Below, piece by piece: positions 17,161 through 27,904 of a stretch of 64,000 bases of DNA. This stretch comes from Macrostomum lignano (lineage: Eukaryota): the NCBI GenBank assembly GCA_002269645.1, contig NIVC01003637.1, positions 22,390-86,389 on the forward strand. The letters are read 5' to 3'. The position numbers and the translations under genes were made by a program. The first letter of the stretch is position 1; each line of letters begins with the position of its first letter. The notes beneath the pieces are model-generated. The model was not told the DNA's origin and did not search any database. It saw only the letters and a list, made by a program, of their open reading frames with translations.

Positions 17161-17339
17161 CTTATGACAGTTGCTGGCAATACATTGTATTTGATTAATC
17201 GATAACTGATTGGGTACATTCAAAGACTTTGGAGAAACACCACCAAGGCATGATAGCCATATAACCACCATCAAACTGAACTGATTCGTCAAGCCATACC
17301 GTAAGAATGCGTCAAAATCTTCAGCATAGCCGCAGCTCT

Positions 17340-19013
17340 TTAGGGGCAGAAGGTCGACATCGCCTGACGCACTTCGTCGGAGCTCAGCCGCCTGCGGGCG
17401 ACTCCGAAGCACCTCAGGCAGAGTTTCCGAGCTTCAGAATAAAACGGCGACCCGAATCCAACACGGAGCTGCTGCAGTCCCAATACATCCGCATCGAATG
17501 TCGAGTTCCAATATTGAACTCTCAGCGGCTCTCTGATGGCAGGAGAATCCAAAATGCCAGCCTTGATTGCCAGCCGAATGTCGCACCAGTTGGCAGCACA
17601 GCCCGATCCGTTGAACTCGTGGTTGTTGCTATGCACGGTGAAATGCGTTGAGTTCCCGAGGTCGCGTTGCAGAACATTTAAAACGAACTGCTCAGCACTG
17701 GAGGAATAGAGCTCAGCACGGAGACTTGAGTACGAATTCGGATCGGAGTGGTTGCTGCGCACAGACAGAAACTCGACGCCACTTTTATTGCCTACGGTAA
17801 GCCTAAAGTACATTGTGTACTCTGATGTACTGAGAATCGACTCATTGAATGCCACGGGAGCTCCGACATTGTAGAACTCCCTGTATCTGGCACTTGAATT
17901 CACCTTGAAGCAGGCCCCGTGCTCTGCCGACCTCTCCACGCCAAACTGGTCCTCGATGGCGAAGGTGCGCGGGTCCAACAGGTTGTGCAGGCCCCTCCTG
18001 AAATCGAACGCAGCCACGAGGCCGTCCACCTGCGGCGGCGGCGACGCAGACGGCGGTGGCGGGGAGTTGCCGTCCGACGCCTCCGTCTTGCACACGAACC
18101 TGTGCCTGCTGTGGCACCTGTCGCTGCGCAGTCGACCAGCTGACAGCGTGACGCAGTTCACAGTCCAGTCCGCACTGTCCGGGTGTCCAGTCTCCCATGC
18201 GGGCAGCTTGTTGTCGTGTTTCCCTGAGAAATCCGTCCACTGGTAGCAGAGCTCGCGACCCGCACTGTCAGGGAAGCAGGGGTTCAGCTTGATGAGGCCG
18301 AGCCACACCGAGTCGAGCAGCTCTGCCGACTCGCAGCTGTCGATTCCGAAGCTGAGCTTGTTCACAAAGTCCAGCTCAGACTGGGTGAGCACCGACGCCA
18401 GCTGCGACGAGTTTCCCTGGCAGTAGAAGTTGGCCTCGTTGAAGTTGGCCTCAAACTGCGGCATCACGTAGCACTGCTCGTCGTGCAGCCACCAGCCGCT
18501 GGGACATCGGCCCTTCGACCGCCACCACAAGTCGACGAGACTGCTGGAGTTGGCGCTCAACTTGCACACAAACGGGTGCCGCTCGTGATACAGCGAGTTG
18601 AGCCACCACTCACCGTCACTTCGGATCAGAGGCTTGTGAACGCTGTCCAGCTGAGAGAAGTTGTGTCTCTCGAAGCTCCCTACGCCGCCGCCGTCCGTCC
18701 ACCTGTAGCTTGTAGGGTCGGCCAGACGGTCGAGGTCGGTGCCGAACAAACCGATCCAGGCGTCTCTGCAGTGAGACAGTCGGCCTACCAGTCGGTTCTC
18801 TTGCTCACTTTAAATGGACGCGAGGTGAGCCCGGTGAGACAGACACGTCTGCTCGGCCTGAAACCAGTAGTTCGGCTCGCTGAACCACTTGTAGCATGAG
18901 TGAGCTCGGTGTGTCCAGCCGTGTCCGGGACACTGAGCAGAGGCGGCGCCGGTGAGCAGCAGAGCTGCAGTGGCTGCGGCGAGGCAGGCAGCGAGTAGCT
19001 GGCGGTGCTGCAT
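17340..19013 (-). pseudogene. Intronless secreted protein: signal peptide, two C-type-lectin-like domains, Pro-rich linker and about 230-aa Cys-rich C-terminal domain; one in-frame TAA (18810-18812)
   Basis: ATG 19013; QCPGHGWTHRAHSCYKWF..AEQTC..HLASI*SEQE..WIGL..YRWTDG..FVCK (CTLD1); CPSGWWLHDEQCY..ANFYC..LASV..WLGL..WETGHPD..CV..CHSRHRFVCK (CTLD2); SPPPSASPPP; C-terminal domain ending FCP*. The frame is continuous across the single stop (558 codons). Confidence 0.85.
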
Positions 19014-19489
19014 CTGCTGAGTCGCCAATGGGAGTCGCTGATTGGAGCGGCCACTTTGAGTTGCAAATTTGAGCAGGCATTGCGAGTCGGCATTTATCCA
19101 CTCGCGAGCTGCTGCTGGAATGCGTGGAGGGCGTGGAATCTCGCCAGATTGAGTGGCGCGGCCTCAGCTGAGGTTCTGCTGCAGTTGCAGGTCTGATGTG
19201 GCTGTCCAAGTCACGTTTCACTGTGGAGCTGCGATCGTGACAGCAGCCGAGTTGCTGAGGCCGCCAGAGTGAGGCCGCAGAGCCCTCAGTAGTGGCAGCC
19301 GTGTGAGAAGCGGCTCACAGATCTCAGGTCTGCTGCTTTCTCACGGGAAGTTTTGGAGCTGAACGTCACGGGCTTGAGAGTGCAGGAGATTCTAGTACAT
19401 AAAGCTACACATGTTTCCTTTTACATGCCAGTTTTTTGCTGCATCAACATGTACGAGCGTATAAAGACTGCGGCTTCTATGCAAAGCTC

Positions 19490-21220
19490 AGATGCCATGG
19501 CTCAATGGGGGAGTTGCTGAGATGCCAAGGCTCAATGGGGAGTTGCTGAGATGCCATGGCTCAAGGGGGAAGTTGCTGAGATGCCATGGCTCAATGGGGG
19601 AGTTGCTGAGATGCCATGGCTCAAGGGGGGAGTTGCTGAGATGCCATGGCTCAATGGGGAGTTGTTGAGATGCCATGGCTCAATGGGGAGTTGCTGAGAT
19701 GCCATGGCTCAATGGGGAGTTGCTGAGATGCCATGGCTCAGTGGGGAGTTGCTGAGATGCCATGGCTCAATGGGGGAGTTGCTGAGATGCCCAATTGCTC
19801 AATGGGGGAGTTGCTGAGATGCCATGGCTCAAGGGGGGAGTTGCTGAGATGCCATGGCTCAATTGGGGGGGGGTTGCTGAGATGCCATGGCTCAATGAAG
19901 GGTTGCTGAGATGCCAAGGCTCAATGGGGGAGTTGCTGAGATGCCAAGGCTCAATGGGGAGTTGCTGAGATGCCATGGCTCAAGGGGGGAGTTGCTGAGA
20001 TGCCATGGCTCAATGGGGGAGTTGCTGAGATGCCATGGCTCAAGGGGGGAGTTGCTGAGATGCCATGGCTCAATGGGGAGTTGCTGAGATGCCATGGCTC
20101 AAGGGGGGAGTTGCTGAGATGCCATGGCTCAATGGGGAGTTGCTGAGATGCCATGGCTCAATGGGGAGTTGCTGAGATGCCATGGCTCAATGAAGGGTTG
20201 CTGAGATGCCAAGGCTCAATGGGGAGTTGCTGAGATGCCATGGCTCAAGGGGGGGGTTTCTGAGATGCCATGGCTCAATGGGGGAGTTGCTGAGATGCCA
20301 TGGCTCAAGGGGGGAGTTGCTGAGATGCCATGGCTCAATGGGGAGTTGCTGAGATGCCATGGCTCAATGGGGAGTTGCTGAGATGCCATGGCTCAATGGG
20401 GAGTTGCTGAGATGCCATGGCTCAATGGGGGTTGCTGAGATGCCATGGCTCAATGGGGAGTTGCTGAGATGCCATGGCTCAATGGGGGGTTGCTGAGATG
20501 CCATGGCTCAATGGGGAGTTGCTGAGATGCCAAGGCTCAATGGGGAGTTGCTGAGATGCCATGGCTCAAGGGGGGAGTTGCTGAGATGCCATGGCTCAAT
20601 GGGGGGGGGTTTCTGAGATGCCATGGCTCAATGGGGAGTTGCTGAGATGCCATGGCTCAAGGGGGGAGTTGCTGAGATGCCATGGCTCAATGGGGAGTTG
20701 CTGAGATGCCATGGCTCAAGGGGGAGTTGCTGAGATGCCATGGCTCAATGGGGAGTTGCTGAGATGCCAAGGCTCAATGGGGAGTTGCTGAGATGCCATG
20801 GCTCAAGGGGGGAGTTGCTGAGATGCCATGGCTCAATGGGGGGGGTTTCTGAGATGCCATGGCTCAATGAAGGGTTGCTGAGATGCCATGGCTCAATGGG
20901 GGGGGTTTCTGAGATGCCATGGCTCAATGGGGGGGGTTTCTGAGATGCCATGGCTCAATGAAGGGTTGCTGAGATGCCATGGCTCAATGGGGGAGTTGCT
21001 GAGATGCCATGGCTCAATGGGGGGGTTTCTGAGATGCCATGGCTCAATGAAGGGTTGCTGAGATGCCATGGCTCAATGGGGGAGTTGCTGAGATGCCATG
21101 GCTCAATGAAGGGTTGCTGAGATGCCATGGCTCAATGGGGGGGAGTTGCTGAGATGCCATGGCTCAATGGGGGGGGTTTCTGAGATGCCATGGCTCAATT
21201 GTGGAGTTGCTGAGATGCCA
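19490..21220 (-). repeat. 29-bp minisatellite, inverted copy of the 1483-2447 array
   Basis: (GAGTTGCTGAGATGCCATGGCTCAATGGG)n, about 58 units. Confidence 0.97.
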
Positions 21221-21245
21221 ATTGGCCAGGTCAGGCCAGGTCGGG

Positions 21246-21309
21246 CCAGGCGTCTCTGCAGTGAGACAGTCGGCCTACCAGTCGGTTCTCTGGCTCACTT
21301 TGGATTGAC
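21246..21309 (-). pseudogene. 64-bp fragment of CTLD1 of the lectin-like gene
   Basis: Near-identical to 18756-18819; reads SIQSEPENRLVGRLSHCRDAW. Confidence 0.85.
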
Positions 21310-21858
21310 TCGGAAGAGAGATTCAAAAGTAATCTTTTCAGCGATTTTTTTGTTAACGACCTATTCAGAACATGTAGTAATCAAGTAAACTTTTCTTTGC
21401 CTGCGCTGCAGCTAATAAAGACACGCCAGCGTCAGGGGCCTCTGTTCCTACCTGGACTGGGCAACAAAATCCGGATGCAGAACAGCACAAAAAGTGTCCT
21501 TGGCTCAGTTTCAACTTTTCATCCAATTTTTTTATGACAGGCAATAGAGAAAGTGGCGCAGCTGAGGGGGGCATGCGGTGTCTCGGAAATGTCATCGAGA
21601 GCTGCTGTGCAGTGTGCAGGCGAAATCTTGGCTTCGGCACGGGAACACGCGGCTTTAGAGAAATTTCGAATTTGAAATGGCAAGCGGCCGGTGCGAGTCC
21701 CGCCGCGCACTCGATCCGGGCTGGCTGATGAAGAAGCGAAGAGGCTGGCCGCCCCCGCATGGAAGTTGGGCCGAGGAGCACTAATTATAGCTGCGATTTG
21801 GACTGCCCGCCTCTCCTTCAGCTAATGAGTTATTTTAATAAAATTTCTGAGCCAAAAA

Positions 21859-22119
21859 GCCTCCCAGATCCCCAGTTGCTGGGCCACGAGCCTCCCAAAT
21901 TCTCTGTTGCTGAGCCACCAGCCTCCCAGATCCTCAGTTGCTGGGCCACCAGTCTCCCAGATCCTCAGTTGCTGGGCCAGCCTCCCAGATCCTCAGTTGC
22001 TGAGCCAGTCTCCCAGATCCTCAGTTGCTGAGCCAGTCTCCCAGATCCTCAGTTGCTGAGCCAGTCTCCCAGATCCTCAGTTGCTGGGCCACCAGCCTCC
22101 CAGATCCTCACTTGCTGGG
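21859..22119 (+). repeat. Degenerate 24-30-bp repeat with CTCCCAGATCCTCAGTTGCTG core
   Basis: About 9 imperfect units read directly. Confidence 0.85.
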
Positions 22120-22411
22120 ACTTTATGAGTCAGCTTCCACTCCAGATTCTGCCACATCATAGCTCGCCTTGGCCCCATCGATTTGACGCCCGCAATCCAG
22201 CAGCAGCTGTTCCGCCGTCAGCCAATCCGGATGAAATCCGAGCCCGCGAAGCAGCCACTCGTCGGATTAATGTCTTCTGAGCCGCGGATAAAGGTTGGCG
22301 CAACAGACCGGGAGCTGCCGGATCCTCGATTGCTTTCTACTGGCAGACAGCGGCGGATCAGCACAGGACGCGACTTCTATTTCGAGTTGGTAGCAAAACA
22401 GTTACCTTGCA

Positions 22412-22447
22412 ATGGCCGATGATGTAAGTGATCTATCTATCTATCTC

Positions 22448-22498
<51 letters not shown>

Positions 22499-22499
22499 G

Positions 22500-22530
<31 letters not shown>

Positions 22531-22531
22531 G

Positions 22532-22615
<84 letters not shown>

Positions 22616-22616
22616 C

Positions 22617-22699
<83 letters not shown>

Positions 22700-22700
22700 C

Positions 22701-22741
<41 letters not shown>

Positions 22742-22742
22742 C

Positions 22743-22782
<40 letters not shown>

Positions 22783-24014
22783 GACTATCTATCTATCTAT
22801 CTATCTACCTATCTATCTATCTGTCTGCCCGCAGAAGCAAGAAGGCAAGCGCGCCCAGCGGGCCACCTCAAACGTTTTCGCCGCATTTTCGCAGACTCAG
22901 GTGCAGGAATTCAAGGAGGTGAGGCAGACTTAAAGAGCCGTACAGCAACTTGCCACCTCTGATTAGAACTGAGAATTGTTAAAAAGCTTCACCCACGACG
23001 ATTGCAGGCCTTCACGATGATTGACCAGAATCGGGACGGCTTCATCGATGTGGAGGATCTGAAGGACATGTATGCCTCACTGGGTGAGCACCGGCGCTGC
23101 GACGAGAGATGAGACGCTAGATGAGAGATGAGATAAGAGATGAGAGATGACAGATAAGAGATGAAAGATGAGATAAGAGATGAGAGACGAGAGATGAGAC
23201 GCGAGATGAGAGATTAGATGCGAGATGAGAGATGGGAGAGATGAAAGATACGAGTTGCGAGATGAGATGTGAGATGAGATGAGAGCTGAGATCTTGAGAT
23301 GCGAGACTGAAGTCTACAATAGAACTCTACATGTATAATCGATATAACCTCCCGGATTGACCATCATAAGAAGACAATCTCTGGTCAGGCTTGCGAAACC
23401 ATATAGCGAACTCTGTGTTCAAATCTTCCCAATAATTGAAATGTCCGCCAAAACCCCCGCTCTCCCACAGGCCGGCAGCCCACCGACAAGGAGCTCCAGG
23501 AGATGCTCAAAGAGTCTCCCGGCCCGTTGAATTTCACCGCCTTCCTGCAGATCTTCGGCGAGCGGCTGACCGGCTCGGATCCCGAGGACGCCCTGCGAAA
23601 CGCCTTCAAGATGTTCGACGACGCGAACACAGGCATGCTGGACGAGGAATAGTGAGTGGCTCGGCTTGTTTTAATTAATTTTGCTCTTCTGAACAAATTT
23701 AGGCATCAATATTCTTTACTTACCTACTGCCAGTAGTGTAGTTTGAAAATTAAAAAAACGCAATAATAAAATAACCCGCGGAAAATACAAGTTTAAAACA
23801 GAATTCCATCAGCTTCGCAAACAATGGAAGTTCTGCTTCAACCCCGTTAATTTTTTTTTGCAATTCCAGCTTCAAAGACCTGATGAAGAACATGGGCGAC
23901 AACTTCAGCGAAGAGGAGATCCGCCAGACCTGGAAGGAGGCGCCAATCTCGGCGGGCAAGCTGGACTACAACAAGTTCACCAACCTCATCAAGCGCGGCA
24001 AGGATGACGAGTAA
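22412..24014 (+). CDS. MLC2: Myosin regulatory light chain (EF-hand), complete 5-exon gene, 165 aa
   Basis: Exons 22412-22423, 22835-22918, 23008-23083, 23471-23651, 23870-24014 (498 nt, all GT-AG): [106 protein letters not shown] at 24349-24354. Confidence 0.96.
22431..22823 (+). repeat. (CTAT)n microsatellite filling intron 1 of the myosin light chain gene
   Basis: About 98 units read directly. Confidence 0.98.
23104..23308 (+). repeat. Degenerate (GAGAT)n repeat in myosin light chain intron 3
   Basis: Read directly. Confidence 0.85.
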
Positions 24015-24438
24015 TTCTTGGAAAGTTCGGAAACGGGCAACACCGGAGACTGCCATATTTTATAGCGTTTTATACTTCGTTATTTCGATTTTACCGTAAA
24101 CCTTTGGCCAATAATCTTTTCCTACTTTATCAAATTTGTTGACTGCTTCTTGAGGAACTACATGTACGAGCTGTATTAACGACCGATTTCTTGGAAATCA
24201 AACCCGGAAAAACTGGAATTAGGTCAAGCTTTACTTGACTAAATGCAGAACAACTTTCAAACTTAGGGTGAAGACCAAAGAATGTTTAGGCTAATGGACT
24301 GATTGATCAAGACAAACCTGCTTTTAACAAAATTATGCACTCTCTAAAAATAAAACTTTACCCCCGGCTGCCGATGCGCAGTTTCTTAATCCGCAATTCG
24401 TGTTTTTAAACAGGTCTTAGTTTTTGCGCTGCTGTCCA

Positions 24439-24439
24439 C

Positions 24440-24503
<64 letters not shown>
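24439..24503 (+). repeat. (CTGT)n microsatellite
   Basis: Read directly. Confidence 0.95.
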
Positions 24504-24893
24504 CATCTATCCCTACCCAACAAAGATTATTTATGCCTGGGCGACAACCTGGACGGCAGGCTCGGATAATCAAATCAGCCATCTTGTGGTCACCGGCCAG
24601 CCAGGCAGAGTGCAGCAGTGGCAAGATGAGGCCGCTCAGCATCCTCGCATAGGCTATTAATTTCATCCTCCGGCCCTCTGAGCCTGACTCGATCCCAATT
24701 TTCTATCACACGCTGTCATCGAGTTTGAGTCAAGTTTGTTATGGGTGCATCTGCCGTGCAGCAAACGTTTGCCTTTGCTCAAAGCAGTGGCCTTTCATTG
24801 CGTGCACAAGTGATTAATTAGACTTGAAAATTCGTTTCCAAATTGAACCTGTAGAAATTGTCTCTATGAGGGTATCAAGATCTCAAGAATTGC

Positions 24894-27400
24894 GTCAGGA
24901 TATCTATAGTTGGGTTTCAGGATGTCTATAGTTGGGTGTCAGGTCTATAGTTGGGTTTCAGGATGTCTATAGTTGGGTGTCAGGTCTATAGTTGGGTTTC
25001 AGGATGTCTATAGTTGGGTGTCAGGTCTATAGTTGGGTTTCTGGATGTCTTTATGTATAGTTGGGTATCCGGATATCTATATTTGATTGTCAGGATGTCT
25101 ATAGTCGATCGTGTCAGGATGTCTATAGTTGGATTTCAGGTCTATAGTTGGGTTTCAGGATGTCTATAGTTGGGTGTCAGGTCTATAGTTGGGTTTCAGG
25201 ATGTCTATAGTTGGGTGTCAGGTCTATAGTTGGGTGTCAGGTCTATAGTTGGGTTTCTGGATGTCTTTATGTATAGTTGGGTATCCGGATATCTATATTT
25301 GATTGTCAGGACGTCTATAGTTGGGTTTCAGGATGTCTATAGTTGAGTGTCAGCATGTCTATAGTTGAGTGTCAGGATGTCTATAGTTGAGAGTCAGGAT
25401 ATCTATATTTGATTGTCAGGATGTCTATAGTTGGGTTTCAGGATGTCTATAGTTGAGTGTCAGGATGTCTATAGTTGAGTGTCAGAATGTCTATATTGAG
25501 TGTCAGGATGTCTATAGTTGAGTGTCAGGATGTCTATAGTTGAGTGTCAGAATGTCTATAGTTGAGTGTCAGGATGTCTTTATTGAGTGTCAGAATGTCT
25601 ATATTGAGTGTCAGCATGTCTATAGTTGAGTGTCAGGATGTCTATAGTTGAGTGTCAGCATGTCTATAGTTGAGTGTCAGGATATCTATAGTTGAGTGAC
25701 AGGATGTCTATAGTTGAGTGTCAGGATGTCTATGTTGAGTGTCAGGATGTCTATAGTTGAGTGTCAGGATGTCTATAGTTGAGAGTCAGGATATCTATAT
25801 TTGATTGTCAGGATGTCTATATTGAGTGTCAGGATGTCTATAGTTGAGTGTCAGAATGTCTATAGTTGAGTGTCAGAATGTCTATATTGAGTGTCAGGAT
25901 GTCTATAGTTGAGTGTCAGGATGTCTATAGTTGAGTGTCAGAATGTCTATATTGAGTGTCAGGATGTCTATAGTTGAGTGTCAGGATGTCTATGTTGAGT
26001 GACAGGATGTCTATAGTTGAGTGTCAGGATGTCTATGTTGAGTGTCAGAATGTCTATATTGAGTGTCAGCATGTCTATAGTTGAGTGTCAGGATGTCTAT
26101 AGTTGAGTGTCAGCATGTCTATAGTTGAGTGTCAGGATATCTATAGTTGAGTGACAGGATGTCTATAGTTGAGTGTCAGGATGTCTATAGTTGAGTGTCA
26201 GGATGTCTATGTTGAGTGTCAGGATGTCTATAGTTGAGTGTCAGGATGTCTATAGTTGAGTGACAGGATGTCTATAGTTGAGTGTCAGGATGTCTATGTT
26301 GAGTGTCAGGATGTCTATAGTTGAGTGTCAGGATGTCTATAGTTGAGTGTCAGGATGTCTATAGTTGAGTGTCAGGATGTCTATGTTGAGTGTCAGGATG
26401 TCTAGTTGAGAGTCAGGATGTCTATAGTTGAGAGTCAGAATGTCTAGTTGAGTGTCAGGATGTCTATAGTTGAGTGTCAGGATGTCTATAGTTGAGTGAC
26501 AGGATGTCTATAGTTGAGTGTCAGCATGTCTATAGTTGAGTGTCCGGATGTCTATAGTTGAGTGTCAGCATGTCTATAGTTGAGTGTCAGGATATCTATA
26601 GTTGAGTGACAGGATGTCTATAGTTGAGTGTCAGGATGTCTATGTTGAGTGTCAGGATGTCTATAGTTGAGTGTCAGGATGTCTATAGTTGAGAGTCAGG
26701 ATATCTATATTTGATTGTCAGGATGTCTATATTGAGTGTCAGGATGTCTATAGTTGAGTGTCAGAATGTCTATAGTTGAGTGTCAGAATGTCTATATTGA
26801 GTGTCAGCATGTCTATAGTTGAGTGTCAGGATGTCTATAGTTGAGTGTCAGAATGTCTATATTGAGTGTCAGGATGTCTATAGTTGAGTGTCAGGATGTC
26901 TTTATTGAGTGTCAGAATGTCTATATTGAGTGTCAGCATGTCTATAGTTGAGTGTCAGGATGTCTATAGTTGAGTGTCAGCATGTCTATAGTTGAGTGTC
27001 AGGATATCTATAGTTGAGTGACAGGATGTCTATAGTTGAGTGTCAGGATGTCTATAGTTGAGTGTCAGGATGTCTATGTTGAGTGTCAGGATGTCTATAG
27101 TTGACTGTCAGGATGTCTATAGTTGAGTGACAGGATGTCTATAGTTGAGTGTCAGGATGTCTATGTTGAGTGTCAGGATGTCTATAGTTGACTGTCAGGA
27201 TGTCTATAGTTGAGTGACAGGATGTCTATAGTTGAGTGACAGGATGTCTATAGTTGAGTGTCAGGATGTCTATGTTGAGTGTCAGGATGTCTAGTTGAGT
27301 GTCAGGATGTCTATAGTTGAGAGTCAGGATGTCTAGTTGAGTGTCAGGATGTCTATAGTTGAGTGTCAGGATGTCTATATTGAGTGTCAGGATGTCTATA
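24894..27400 (+). repeat. 22-bp minisatellite (TGTCAGGATGTCTATAGTTGAG)n between the convergent MLC and APBB-like genes
   Basis: More than 110 units with variant blocks. Confidence 0.97.
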
Positions 27401-27904
27401 AATGTATATCTAGGAGATTGAAATTGAGAGCTACCTGAAAACATCAGTATGGGACATGCATATTGAGTTGCAAATCTATTGGCCGGTTGCAGTCATTGGC
27501 CAATGAAATATTGATTAAAATAGCCTTACATCTGCATGTATAGATAAAGTATTCATAATGGCACGGGTGACACTGCATCAGTAAAGCGGCACTATTCAGC
27601 CATTTGAAACTCAAATCATAACTAATAAACCCGATGGCTATGCAAGAAGTGGCACTCATGATGGAGCCGCTGGACTATTGGACCAACAGGCGACTGAAGG
27701 GCACCGCATCAGCCAGCGACAACAGCGATGACTGCGCGGCCGGTGCTTCATCATCGGTGCCAATCGATGCTCAAGGATGCTGCAGAGACGACAGGAGCGG
27801 CAGAAGGATCGTCTGCTCAGCTCTGGTGCTGCTGCTCCTGCTCACTCTGCTGCTGCTGTTACTGCTGCAGAGGTCAGTAGAGGCCCGAATTAGTGGCGGC
27901 AACA

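Noticed and set aside
21365-21800. GC-richer stretch with several 60-140-aa ORFs upstream of the MLC gene
   Set aside because: No recognisable domain and no consistent splice path.
22412-22933. 173-aa SIYL-repeat ORF
   Set aside because: Read-through of the (CTAT)n intron; the true gene splices 22423 to 22835.
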